A stretch of 63,996 bases of DNA, filler included, from an uncultured Acidimicrobiia bacterium (lineage in GTDB: Bacteria > Actinomycetota > Acidimicrobiia > Spongiisociales > JAOTWH01), in assembly GCA_964347285.1 (NCBI GenBank). It is 3 parts of 3 records of this genome, joined end to end, with 100 filler letters (N's around TTAATTAATTAA, not from the genome) between each part and the next. Parts side by side here need not be neighbours in the genome. Positions count along the whole stretch, not along the records: positions 1 to 31,183 come from CAYFYE010000016.1; 2 more parts are not named here. One strand, given 5' to 3'. Below the pieces are notes generated by a model. It was given only the letters and a program-made list of their open reading frames with translations. It was not told where the DNA came from and did no database searches. Below are positions 9,681 through 22,217 of this stretch, piece by piece. Made by a program: the position numbers and the translations under genes. Position 1 is the stretch's first letter. Every line of letters begins with the position of its first letter.

Positions 9681-10943
9681 GTGAACGCCATCGTCGTCAC
9701 CGGAGGGGGGCCGCTGTCGGGCACCATCACTCCCAGAGGGGCCAAGAACGCCGTCCTCAAGCAGATGGTGGCGACGCTCCTGGCACCCGGTCGGCACGTG
9801 CTCACCAACGTGCCCGGCATCCAGGACGTCGTGATGATGGGCGAGGTACTCCGCCACGTGGGCGCCAAATGCGTTCGTGACGATCATCGCCTCGAGATCG
9901 AGGTGCCCGACGATCCTCGCCCCGAGGCCCCCATCGAACTGGTGCGACAAATGCGGGCCTCGATCCTCGTCTTGGGGCCGTTACTGGCTCGATGCGGGCA
10001 GGCGCGGGTCGCGCTCCCCGGCGGAGACGACTTCGGAGCCAGGCCCATCGACATGCATCTCGACGGCTTGCGGCAAATGGGGGTCTCCTTTGAGCTCGAG
10101 CACGGCGTGCTCGTCGGCAGAGTCGACGGACGGTTGCAGGGAGCGTCGATTCTCCTCGACTTCCCCAGCGTCGGGGCGACGGAGAACCTCCTTCTGGCGG
10201 CGGTCCTCGCCGAGGGGACTACCGTCATCGAGAACGCCGCCCGGGAACCGGAGCTCACCGATCTGGCCACCCTCCTCACCAAGATGGGCGCCCAGATCCA
10301 CGGAGCCGGTTCGTCGACGATCCGCATCGAGGGAACGGGGAGTCTGGCGGGTGCCGAGCATCATGTGATCGGCGACCGCATCGAGGCCGGCACCTACGCG
10401 GTGGCGGCGGCCATAACCGGGGGAACCCTGCGGGTGGCCGACTGCGTCCCCGAGCACCTGCGGATGGAGCTGGCCAAGCTGGGCGAGGCGGGCTGTGATG
10501 TCGAGGTCGAATCCAACGGCTTCACCGTGACCGGACCCGATCGCCCCGGCCCCGTCGACTTTGCCACGCTCCCGTATCCGGGTTTCCACACCGACATGCA
10601 TCCCCAGATGGTTGCGTTGCTGTCCCTGGCCGACGGCACCTCGGTCATGACCGAGAACATCTATGAGGCGCGTTTCCGCTACATCGGCGAGCTGCAGCGG
10701 ATGGGGGCCGACATCAGCACCGATGGGCAGCACGTCGTGGTCCGCGGTGTCGACCGGCTGAGCGGCTGTGAGGTGGATGCCTGCGACATCAGGGCCGGGG
10801 CGGCGCTGGTGATCGCCGGCCTCGTCGCCCAGGGGCAGACCCTGGTCACCAACGCTCACCACATCGACCGCGGTTACGAGGATCTGGTCGGCCGGCTGGC
10901 CGGTCTCGGAGGCAACATCGGCCGCACGGCCGCCGGCGGCTGA
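9681..10943 (+). CDS. murA: UDP-N-acetylglucosamine 1-carboxyvinyltransferase (Asp-type active site)
   Basis: GAKNA, MRASILVLGPLL, LPGGDDFGARPIDMH, SVGATEN, NAAREPE, DIRAG, IDRGYE. Confidence 0.97.
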   Translation: MNAIVVTGGGPLSGTITPRGAKNAVLKQMVATLLAPGRHVLTNVPGIQDVVMMGEVLRHVGAKCVRDDHRLEIEVPDDPRPEAPIELVRQMRASILVLGPLLARCGQARVALPGGDDFGARPIDMHLDGLRQMGVSFELEHGVLVGRVDGRLQGASILLDFPSVGATENLLLAAVLAEGTTVIENAAREPELTDLATLLTKMGAQIHGAGSSTIRIEGTGSLAGAEHHVIGDRIEAGTYAVAAAITGGTLRVADCVPEHLRMELAKLGEAGCDVEVESNGFTVTGPDRPGPVDFATLPYPGFHTDMHPQMVALLSLADGTSVMTENIYEARFRYIGELQRMGADISTDGQHVVVRGVDRLSGCEVDACDIRAGAALVIAGLVAQGQTLVTNAHHIDRGYEDLVGRLAGLGGNIGRTAAGG

Positions 10944-12307
10944 TGTCCCGCCTGGCCTGGGCGCTGGTCCCGCTGCTGGCCGGGGTCGCCGCCCTTCCCC
11001 AAGCAGCGAAGGCCCAAGAGCCGCCCTCACCACCGCCGGTCGGGGCCTACGGGGAGGTCGAGCTGCATCCGGAGGAAGGGACGACGATCTGGTGGCGGGG
11101 TCGGCCCTACGGAGGGATCTTGCACATCGACCACCGGTCCGACGGTTTGGTGCTGGTGGAGGAGATCGATGTGGACGGCTATCTCGCCGGCATCAAGGAA
11201 GTGCCACTCGATTGGCCCGCCGAGGCACTCGCCGCCCAGGCGGTGGCGGCCCGGACCTACCTCGCCTGGACCCTGGACCGGGGCCGAAGCAGCAGCGGTG
11301 ATCGCTATGGATTCGATATCTGCGCCACCGACCGCTGTCAGGTCTACGCCGGCGCCGGGGTCGTGTTGGACGACTACGGCGATCGCTGGGCGGAGGCAAT
11401 AGAGCGCACTACCGGCCAGCTTCTCCTATTTGAGGGAAGGCCGGCCCAGGCTCTCTACCACTCGACATCGGGGGGCCGGACCGAGCCGGTGCAGGACATC
11501 TTTTCGGGATCGGCTCCCGCTCCGTACCTGCAAGGGGCCGATTCCCCGGGTGAGGAATCGCCCTGGAATTCCTGGGACTTCGTGCTGCCGGCCGGCGTGT
11601 TCGTCGAGATCCTCCGGGCCGGGGGAGTGGACGTCGGCTCGAGCCTCCTCGACGCCACCGTGGTGCCCCGCGGTAGGGGCCGGGGGGTTTGGGAGGCCGC
11701 CATCGACTCCACCACCGGGGTGATCCGGCTTCCGGTCGATCGATTGAGGGCGGTGATGAACGTGCACGGACCGGATCGATATCCCGCCTTGCTTCCGGCA
11801 CGGCGTCCCGGGGGCGGGCGCTATCCCCAGGCGGTGCTGTCCTATCGTTTCACGCTCGACTTCACGCCTCCGCCCGACCCGGTCGAGCGACTGTGGGCGA
11901 GTCGGCTGCCCCTCGGGGACGGACCAGCGCTGGGCACCGTTCGCTTCTCCGGCAGCGGCTGGGGCCATCATGTGGGGATGAGCCAATACGGGGCAAAAGC
12001 CATGGCCGACGCCGGCCGCGGGTATGGCGCCATCCTGGCCCACTACTACGGCGGCCTGGAACCCACGGACGGGGGAGGCAGGCTGCCCGATCGGGTCAGG
12101 GTGGGGTTGGCCTGGGACCTCGGCGATATCGAAGTCGAGGCGAACGGGCCCTTCCAGCTTGTCCTCGACGGCCGGGCCTTTTCGGCCGAGGGAGATGTCG
12201 GATGGCGCCTGTTTCCCACCGCCTCCGGGCAGGTCGGACTCTTCGCCCCCGACCTGCTGCTCCCCTTCATCGTGGAGCGGTTCGGCCGACTGTTGCCGTT
12301 GCTGTGA
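10943..12307 (+). CDS. SpoIID/LytB domain protein (secreted peptidoglycan lytic enzyme-like)
   Basis: Signal peptide; YLAGIKEV, ALAAQAVAARTY, CQVY, YHSTSGG, GWGHHVGMSQYGA. Confidence 0.9.
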   Translation: MSRLAWALVPLLAGVAALPQAAKAQEPPSPPPVGAYGEVELHPEEGTTIWWRGRPYGGILHIDHRSDGLVLVEEIDVDGYLAGIKEVPLDWPAEALAAQAVAARTYLAWTLDRGRSSSGDRYGFDICATDRCQVYAGAGVVLDDYGDRWAEAIERTTGQLLLFEGRPAQALYHSTSGGRTEPVQDIFSGSAPAPYLQGADSPGEESPWNSWDFVLPAGVFVEILRAGGVDVGSSLLDATVVPRGRGRGVWEAAIDSTTGVIRLPVDRLRAVMNVHGPDRYPALLPARRPGGGRYPQAVLSYRFTLDFTPPPDPVERLWASRLPLGDGPALGTVRFSGSGWGHHVGMSQYGAKAMADAGRGYGAILAHYYGGLEPTDGGGRLPDRVRVGLAWDLGDIEVEANGPFQLVLDGRAFSAEGDVGWRLFPTASGQVGLFAPDLLLPFIVERFGRLLPLL

Positions 12308-12309
12308 CC

Positions 12310-12855
12310 ATGATCCGGCCTGCCCAAGAGCGTGCCCTCGTGGCCCTGGCCCGCCGTTTCCGTCCGAACGGCGTGCCTTTTCAGGTGGGCGGGGGCTGTC
12401 TCTTGGTGGGCCTCGGTCTCGATGTCGACGCCGGCGACATCGACCTGGTCGTTCCTTCCGGAGAGCTCGCTTCCGTTCAACGCGCTGCCGGGAAGTGGTG
12501 GCGGGGCCCGGTGGACGCGGAACCGGTGGGGCGGGGGTTGTTCCGCAGCGCCGGGCTGGCCCGCCTCGAAGTGGAGGGGGAGCCGGTGGACGTGATCGCC
12601 GGCCTGGCGGCTCTCATCGGGGGCACGCTGTGGCGGGTGCCGTTCCGGCCCGGCCCGGAGTGGAACCTGGGAGGCGTCCAGATCCCGCTCGCCCCTCCCG
12701 GTCAATGGCTGGTGTTGTACCGGGTGTATCGGCCCGAGCGTGCTCGTCTGCTGGCAGGGGCCGTGGATGTCGCCGAGCTGGAGCGCACCCGGAGTGAACT
12801 GCCGCCGGGAATGGACATAGAATCCGGGGAAGGCCAGGCCCCCGACATGGGTTGA
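12310..12855 (+). CDS. Putative minimal nucleotidyltransferase-fold protein
   Basis: VGGGCLL..LG.....DIDL motif with later VDVI; 2 nt after SpoIID stop. Confidence 0.65.
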   Translation: MIRPAQERALVALARRFRPNGVPFQVGGGCLLVGLGLDVDAGDIDLVVPSGELASVQRAAGKWWRGPVDAEPVGRGLFRSAGLARLEVEGEPVDVIAGLAALIGGTLWRVPFRPGPEWNLGGVQIPLAPPGQWLVLYRVYRPERARLLAGAVDVAELERTRSELPPGMDIESGEGQAPDMG

Positions 12856-12865
12856 AACTTCCGAG

Positions 12866-13156
12866 ATGACCGAACAGCCGACCACCCTCGACGAGGCACG
12901 CTCCGGCGACGACGAAGCCGCCCCGGAGACGCGTGTGGACCTCGACGCCCTCAACGCCACCCTGGAGTACATCAGGCCGGCGCTCCAGGCCGACGGCGGC
13001 GACCTCATCCTGTTGGGGATCGAGGAGGGACGGGTCACCCTCCAACTCGTCGGGGCCTGTGGGGGCTGCCCGATGTCGACGATGACCCTGACCGCCGGCA
13101 TCGAACGCATCTTGCGGGACCGGGTGCCGGGAGTCGAGGAAGTCATCGCCATCTGA
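12866..13156 (+). CDS. NifU/NfuA C-terminal domain Fe-S carrier
   Basis: IRPALQADGGD, GACGGCPMS. Confidence 0.92.
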   Translation: MTEQPTTLDEARSGDDEAAPETRVDLDALNATLEYIRPALQADGGDLILLGIEEGRVTLQLVGACGGCPMSTMTLTAGIERILRDRVPGVEEVIAI

Positions 13157-13185
13157 TCGCATCGGCCGCTCGGTAACCTCGTCGG

Positions 13186-14127
13186 GTGATGGTGGATTCC
13201 AGAGCCCTTGCCGATGCGGCACGCAACGGTGACCGCAAGGCCCTGGGCCGACTGCTCAGCCTGGTGGAAGGAATGGGGGATGGGGCTCGGGTAGTCCTCG
13301 AGGAGCTGTTCCCGGTCACCGGGAAGGCCTACACCGTGGGTCTGACCGGTCCCCCGGGGGCGGGCAAGAGCACGTTGACCGATCAGCTCATCGCCCGGGC
13401 CCGTGCCCAACAGGCCGAAGTAGCGGTGCTCGCCGTCGATCCGTCCAGCCCGTTCAGCGGCGGAGCCATCCTCGGCGATCGCATCCGCATGCAGGGCCAC
13501 ATCGATGATCCCGGCGTGTTCATTCGTTCGATGGCGAGCCGGGGCCACCTGGGAGGGATCTCCGAGGCGACTCCCCGGGCCCTGGCCGTCCTCGATGCGG
13601 TCGGCTTCCCCTTTCTGTTCGTCGAAACCGTCGGCGTCGGCCAGGCCGAGGTCGAAATCGCCGAGCGAGCCGACACCACCATCGTCGTCGTCCATCCCCG
13701 CTGGGGCGACAGCATCCAGGCCGCCAAGGCCGGCCTCCTCGAGATAGGGGACATATTCGTCGTCAACAAGGCGGATCTGGCCGGCGCCGACGAGGCGGTG
13801 GCCGACCTCAAGCTGATGCTGGAGATGGGTCCGGGCGGCGACTGGACTCCACCGGTATTGACCACCGTGGCCACCACCGGTGAGGGAGTGGTCGAGGCGT
13901 GGGAGGCCGTGGCTGCCCATCGGGCTCATCTCGAAGCGGGCGGCGAGCTGGACCGGCTGCGAGCCGCCCGTCTGGAGGCAGACTTCCGATCGGCGGTCGC
14001 TCACGAATTGCGGCTCCGGGCGAGCGTGGTCGCCGACGACGAGCGGTTTCGCGCCCTGGCGGCCGAGGTGGCACAGCGGCGGGTCGATCCGTGGACCGCT
14101 GCCGAACGGCTGCTGTCGACTGCCTAG
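13186..14127 (+). CDS. meaB: Methylmalonyl-CoA mutase-associated GTPase MeaB/ArgK
   Basis: GPPGAGKST, AVDPSSPFSGGAILGDRIRM, ETVGVGQ, NKAD. Confidence 0.93.
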   Translation: MMVDSRALADAARNGDRKALGRLLSLVEGMGDGARVVLEELFPVTGKAYTVGLTGPPGAGKSTLTDQLIARARAQQAEVAVLAVDPSSPFSGGAILGDRIRMQGHIDDPGVFIRSMASRGHLGGISEATPRALAVLDAVGFPFLFVETVGVGQAEVEIAERADTTIVVVHPRWGDSIQAAKAGLLEIGDIFVVNKADLAGADEAVADLKLMLEMGPGGDWTPPVLTTVATTGEGVVEAWEAVAAHRAHLEAGGELDRLRAARLEADFRSAVAHELRLRASVVADDERFRALAAEVAQRRVDPWTAAERLLSTA

Positions 14128-14157
14128 ATTGACCTTCGGCAATCAAGGAGTCTTTTC

Positions 14158-14925
14158 GTGAGCCTCGTCGAGTTCGTCATCGAGGATGGCGTCGCCCTCA
14201 TCACACTCAACCGGCCCCCGGTCAACGCCTTGTCGGCCGGGCTGGCGGCGGAGGTCGACGCCGCTCTGGCTCGCGCCGAAGACCCCGGAGTCAGATCGGC
14301 CGTGGTCACCGGGGCCCCCCACTTCGCGGCAGGCGCCGACATCACGGAGTTCCAGGGCGCCTACGAGCGGGGGGAGGGGGACGCGCTGGCGGCGGCCTTG
14401 TCGAGGGTGGTCACCCGCCTCGAGAACTTGCCCAAGCCGACGATCGCCGCCGTCCGGGGCTATGCGCTGGGAGGGGGGCTGGAGCTGGCAATGGGAGCCG
14501 ACTTCATGTATCTGGCCACCGACGCTCAGGTGGGACAGCCCGAGATCAAGTTGGGAATCATTCCGGGGGCTGGAGGGACGCAGCGGCTACCTCGCCTGGT
14601 GGGCGCGTCTCGAGCCAGGGAGATCATCTACAGCGGCCGCTTTGTTGCCGCCGAGGAGGCGCTGGAGCTGGGTATCGCCCTCAAGGTGCTCCCTCCCGAC
14701 GACCTGTTGCCGACCGCCCTGCGCGATGCGGCCGCCTGGGCCGCCGGTCCCACCGTGGCCATCGCCGCCGCCAAACGGGCGATCAACGACGGCTGGGGGC
14801 GGCCGATCGGCGACGCCTTGACGATCGAGACCGAGGCCTTCGGTGCATGCTTCTCCAGCGAGGATGCTCGGGAAGGGGTGGCGGCCTTTCTGGAGAAGCG
14901 CGAGCCGTCGTTCCGGGGCCGCTGA
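14158..14925 (+). CDS. Enoyl-CoA hydratase/isomerase
   Basis: [35 protein letters not shown]. Confidence 0.92.
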   Translation: MSLVEFVIEDGVALITLNRPPVNALSAGLAAEVDAALARAEDPGVRSAVVTGAPHFAAGADITEFQGAYERGEGDALAAALSRVVTRLENLPKPTIAAVRGYALGGGLELAMGADFMYLATDAQVGQPEIKLGIIPGAGGTQRLPRLVGASRAREIIYSGRFVAAEEALELGIALKVLPPDDLLPTALRDAAAWAAGPTVAIAAAKRAINDGWGRPIGDALTIETEAFGACFSSEDAREGVAAFLEKREPSFRGR

Positions 14926-14936
14926 TCCGCGCCGCT

Positions 14937-15368
14937 TCAGAAGCGATCCCGGAGCCGCTCCAGATTGGAGCGCCAGATCCTGCTCAGGATCGGGCGGGCC
15001 ATCCATGCCCCCACCGGCCCGCCGAACCACCACGGAAACTCCAGTTCCTCCCGCCAGCGAAACGCGGTCGCCCCTCCGGGGGCTTCTTCCAGCGAAAACC
15101 GACCCGATCCGCCCACCAGGCCGCGGTGGACCACCGCCATCGTGTGGGGAGGCTTCCACTCCGTGAACTCCATGACGTCCGTGGTCCGCAGGGGACCCAC
15201 TCTGGTCTCCACCGCGATTCGAGTGCCCTGGCCGCGGGTGTGCTCGGTCAGAAATCGGAGGGAGCGGGCATCCTTCATCCACTCCGGATGTCGCTCGATG
15301 GCGGCCACCTCGGCCCACACCTCGTCGATCGGAGCCGGGATGGTCACGCTTGCCGTGATCGCGGCCAT
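14937..15368 (-). CDS. SRPBCC/polyketide cyclase family protein
   Basis: I.AP..EVW.....IERHPEWM N-terminus and C-terminal amphipathic helix. Confidence 0.8.
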   Translation of the reverse strand: MAAITASVTIPAPIDEVWAEVAAIERHPEWMKDARSLRFLTEHTRGQGTRIAVETRVGPLRTTDVMEFTEWKPPHTMAVVHRGLVGGSGRFSLEEAPGGATAFRWREELEFPWWFGGPVGAWMARPILSRIWRSNLERLRDRF

Positions 15369-15406
15369 CGGAGGAGGCTACCGGTGATCGGGCCTACGTC
15401 GATAGC

Positions 15407-16576
15407 ATGCCGGTCCCCAACAGGAGCCGGCCGGTGCTGGGACGCATCGTCAAGTGGGGCGCCTTCGCTGCAGTAGTGGTGGCGGTGGTGCTGTTGTCGC
15501 GAGCCACCTGGCGGGCCGCCGACGAGATCAAGCGCGAGCTGCTGGACCCCAACCCGAACCCGGCTCCCGATCTGGAGGTGGTGGCGGTCGGCTCGGGGAC
15601 GGTCGACCTGGCCCGAAACCAGCAGGCCCTGCGCCCCGGCCTCTACGGGCTCCAATGGTCGGGCGGCTATGGGCGGATCAGGGAGGTCTTGGTCACCACC
15701 GCCGACACCGTGACCCGCCGCTTCGAGCCCGTCGAAGGCATACCGGCCCCGGGAGTGCCGGCCACCCTCGATCCCGCCCTGTACCGGGGCGATCCCCAGA
15801 CCGCTCTCGGGATCACCCATGAGGGTGTTTCGATCGAAGGAGAATTGGGTCCGCTGCCCGCCTGGCGCATCGAGGGCGAGGATGACACCTGGGTGATCAT
15901 CATTCACGGCAGATCGAGCGATGGCCGGCGCCAGGCGCTCCGGGTGGTGGAGTCGCTCGCCCCGACCGAGTTCCCGCTGTTGGTGATCTCGCACCGCAAC
16001 GATCCGGGAGCGCCTCCGAGCGAGGACGGACTGTTCAGTTGGGGATTCGACGAGTGGCGCGACCTCGAGGCGGCGGCGCGATATGCCTTGTCGGAAGGCG
16101 CCGGGGACGTGGTCATCGTCGGTTTGGAGGCGGGGGGCTCCGCCGCCGCCATCTACCTGCAGGAGTCTTCTTTGGCCCGCTTCGTGGTCGGCGTCGTCCT
16201 CGACGGTCCGATGCTCGACCTGAACCTCGTGGAGGACGTACGAACGGAGGACTCCGAGACTCCCGGGTTCATCGAGAGTTGGGCCCGGGCCTTGGCCGCC
16301 TTTCGCTTCGAGCTGGAATGGTCCCGGCTCGACCTGGTGGCTCAGGCCGACCGGCTACGTCATCCGATCTTGCTCTTCCATGGAGGAGACGACGAGGTGA
16401 TTCCCGTCGAAGGAAGCGAGGCGCTGGCCGCGGCGCGACCCGATCTGGTCACGTATGAGCGCTTCGAAGGCGCCGGTCATCTGGCCTCGTGGAACAGCGA
16501 CCCGGAGCGCTACCGGGCCGCCCTTACTTCCTTCCTGGAGCGGATTGCCCTGGGACCGACCGACGTGGGTCGCTAG
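15407..16576 (+). CDS. Membrane-anchored alpha/beta hydrolase-fold protein with non-canonical elbow (GLEAG)
   Basis: N-terminal TM; WVIIIHGR, SHRND, LFHGGDD, GAGH. Confidence 0.82.
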   Translation: MPVPNRSRPVLGRIVKWGAFAAVVVAVVLLSRATWRAADEIKRELLDPNPNPAPDLEVVAVGSGTVDLARNQQALRPGLYGLQWSGGYGRIREVLVTTADTVTRRFEPVEGIPAPGVPATLDPALYRGDPQTALGITHEGVSIEGELGPLPAWRIEGEDDTWVIIIHGRSSDGRRQALRVVESLAPTEFPLLVISHRNDPGAPPSEDGLFSWGFDEWRDLEAAARYALSEGAGDVVIVGLEAGGSAAAIYLQESSLARFVVGVVLDGPMLDLNLVEDVRTEDSETPGFIESWARALAAFRFELEWSRLDLVAQADRLRHPILLFHGGDDEVIPVEGSEALAAARPDLVTYERFEGAGHLASWNSDPERYRAALTSFLERIALGPTDVGR

Positions 16577-16605
16577 CCCCCGGGTCCGTGGGAGAATCGA
16601 AGCCG

Positions 16606-17742
16606 ATGCTGTACCTGGACCATGCCGCGACCGCGCCGCTGCGACCCGAGGCCCGAGACGCCATGGCCCCGTTCCTCGAGGATGCCTTCGGCAACCCCTC
16701 CGGCCTCCACGAGATCTCCCGGCGGGCCAAGAACGCCATGGAAGAGGCCCGGGAGCGGGCCACCGAGCTGTTGGGCGCTTCCCATCCGCTCGAGATCGTG
16801 TTCACCGGCGGCGGAACCGAGTCGGACAACTTGGCGCTGCAGGGCCCGGCGTTGGCCGGCGGTCGGCGCGGCGGAGTGGTCACGACCGCCGTCGAACACG
16901 ATGCCGTGTTGGCCACCGCCCGTTTCCTCGGTGAGTTGGGGTGCCCGGTGACCATCGTCGACGTCGACGAGTGGGGGGTCGTCGATCCTCAGGCGGTATC
17001 GGCGGCCGTGGAGCCGAACACGGCGGTGGTGTCGGTGATGGCTGCCAACAACGAGACCGGTGCCCTCCAGCCGGTTTGGAAGACCGCCGAAGCAGTCCGG
17101 GGCACCAATCCGGGCGTAGCCGTCCACACCGATGCCGCCCAGGCATTCATCTCCGAGGAAGTGACGGTGGCCGAGACCGGAGCCGACCTCATCACCCTGG
17201 CCGCCCACAAGTTCGGGGGACCGAAAGGAGTCGGCCTCCTCTACGTTCGGCGGAACATGGAGCTCGAGCCGGTTCTGCACGGTGGAGGCCAGGAGCTGGG
17301 CCGCCGCTCCGGCACCCACAACGTGGCCGGCATCGTGGGGATGGTGGCCGCCATGGAGGCTTCCGTTGCCGACCGCACCGGGTTCCGGGTTCGGGTGGGC
17401 GAGGCCCGGGAGCGGTTCGAGGAGGCCCTCCGCGGCGCCTTTACGGACCTGGTGATCAACGCCCGTTACGACGCCCGCTTGGTGCAGCACTCCCACCTGC
17501 GCATTCCCGGAGTGGAGGCGGAGAGCTTGCTGGTACTGCTCGATCGGGCCGGGGTGGCCGCCGCGGCCGGCTCGGCCTGCCACAGCGGAGCCGTGCAGAT
17601 CTCGCACGTGCTGGAGGCCATGGGACTGAGCGATGAAGCGGCGCGCCAGAGCGTTCGCTTCAGCTTCGGTTGGACGACCCGACCCGAGGACGGCGATGTG
17701 GCCGCCGCGGCCGTCATCGAGGCGGCCGGACGATTGCGATGA
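16606..17742 (+). CDS. Cysteine desulfurase (IscS/NifS class I)
   Basis: YLDHAAT, FGNPS, FTGGGTE, HTDAAQ, HKFGGPKG, GSACHSG; overlaps mnmA start. Confidence 0.93.
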   Translation: MLYLDHAATAPLRPEARDAMAPFLEDAFGNPSGLHEISRRAKNAMEEARERATELLGASHPLEIVFTGGGTESDNLALQGPALAGGRRGGVVTTAVEHDAVLATARFLGELGCPVTIVDVDEWGVVDPQAVSAAVEPNTAVVSVMAANNETGALQPVWKTAEAVRGTNPGVAVHTDAAQAFISEEVTVAETGADLITLAAHKFGGPKGVGLLYVRRNMELEPVLHGGGQELGRRSGTHNVAGIVGMVAAMEASVADRTGFRVRVGEARERFEEALRGAFTDLVINARYDARLVQHSHLRIPGVEAESLLVLLDRAGVAAAAGSACHSGAVQISHVLEAMGLSDEAARQSVRFSFGWTTRPEDGDVAAAAVIEAAGRLR

Positions 17743-18808
17743 GGGTGCTGGTCGCTATGAGCGGAGGGGTGGACAGCTCGGTGGCGGCCGCCCTGCTGCG
17801 GGAGGAGGGTCACGATGTGGTCGGCGTGACCCTCAAGCAATGGGAGGGTCCCGGCGGGGAGATGCCGAGGGCCGGCTGCTGTACGGTGGCCGACGCCGAG
17901 GACGCCCGTCGGGTGGCCGCCCGGCTCGACATTCCCTACTACGTGCTCGACTACGTCGACGAGTTCCGGCGCGCCGTCGTCGATCCCTTCGGGGCCGAGT
18001 ACCTGGCGGGGCGCACCCCCAATCCGTGCATCGAGTGCAATCGAAGGGTGCGCTTCTCGGCGCTGCTCGAGCGGGCTGCCCTCTTGGACTGCGACATGCT
18101 GGCGACCGGCCACCACGCTCGGGTCGCCTACGGCTCGGGGGGGTTTCGACTGCTTCAGGCGACCGATGTCGACAAAGACCAGTCGTACGTCCTGCACATG
18201 CTCGGCCAGCGGGAGCTGTCCCGGATCCGCTTTCCGGTCGGCGAGATGACCAAGGCCGAGGTGCGTGAGCACGCCGCCCGACTCGGACTGCGAACGGCGA
18301 CCAAGCCGGACAGCCAGGACATCTGTTTCGTCGGCGACGGCGATTACCGGGCCTTCTTGCGCCGCTACTTCCCCGGCGCGGCCCGGCCGGGCCTCGTGGT
18401 CGATACCGGGGGGGCGGTGGTCGGCAGCCACCAGGGCGTTGCCGGGTTCACCATCGGTCAGCGGAAAGGGATCGGGGTGGCCGCCGGGGAGCGCCGCTAC
18501 GTGGTGGACGTCGATCCCGGTTCGGCGACGATCGTCGTGGGGACCAGGGACGACCTCCTCGTCGACGGGTGCCGGGTGACCGCCACCTCCTTCGTGGCCG
18601 GAAGTCCTCCGTCGGGTGACCGGGTCCGGGTCAAGGTGCGCTATCGCTCCCCGGCTGTGGGAGCCCGCCTGGAGCCGGGCCCCGACGACGAAGTCTGGAC
18701 GATCTGGTTCGACGAGCCGCTGGCTGCGGTGGCTCCCGGTCAGGCGGCCGTCTTCTAACGGGGCCGGGAGGTGCTGGGAGGGGGGACCATCGGCGCGACG
18801 GTCCGGCG

Positions 18809-18812
<4 letters not shown>
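17739..18812 (+). CDS. mnmA: tRNA 2-thiouridylase MnmA with an in-frame TAA at 18756-18758 (truncation or sequencing error)
   Basis: SGGVDS, TPNPCIECN, ATGHH, KDQSY, DSQDICF, PGQAAVF; frame resumes RGREVLGGGTI to TGA 18810-18812. Confidence 0.92.
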
Positions 18813-21749
<2,937 letters not shown>

Positions 21750-21764
21750 GGGCGAGGGCGGCGA

Positions 21765-22166
21765 TCACTGGATTCGGAAGCTCCAGCTGTAGCTGCCCTG
21801 ATCGGGTAGACCGAACAAGGTGTCCCAGGTGATCCGCACCTCGTGCTCGCCCGGGGTCCATCGCTCGAACATCTTGCCGGGGCTCGGGCCCCACTCGTAG
21901 CGTCCCAGGGACTCGACGAAGGCCACTTCGTTGGAGGGAATGGGGACCCCGTCGACTGTTATGTCGAGGCGGTAGCCCACGTCCATATCCACGACGATGG
22001 TGGCCTGACGGAGAGCAGTGGCATTGGGCTCGGGTTCGATCGACTCCAAGGGTCCGGGGAGCGATCCCGACCGGCCGGTCGACGAGAAGGCGATCGCCAA
22101 TGCGACGACTGCCACAAAGGTCAGGCCGAGCGCCGAGTAGATGAGAGCGTACCTGCGGTCGCGCAC
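21765..22166 (-). CDS. Hypothetical membrane-anchored protein with beta-rich extracellular domain
   Basis: One N-terminal TM; TACCAT -10 six nt upstream of GTG. Confidence 0.65.
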   Translation of the reverse strand: MRDRRYALIYSALGLTFVAVVALAIAFSSTGRSGSLPGPLESIEPEPNATALRQATIVVDMDVGYRLDITVDGVPIPSNEVAFVESLGRYEWGPSPGKMFERWTPGEHEVRITWDTLFGLPDQGSYSWSFRIQ

Positions 22167-22217
22167 GGGCCGATGGTACGGATCGGGGCGGCGCCGACCG
22201 CCGACTAGCGTGGCTGC

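Noticed and set aside
12046..14142. Long antisense or alternative-frame ORFs (e.g. 698 aa here, also 2679-4451, 37954-40011, 47297-49183)
   Set aside because: Shadow ORFs typical of high-GC DNA, overlapping well-supported genes
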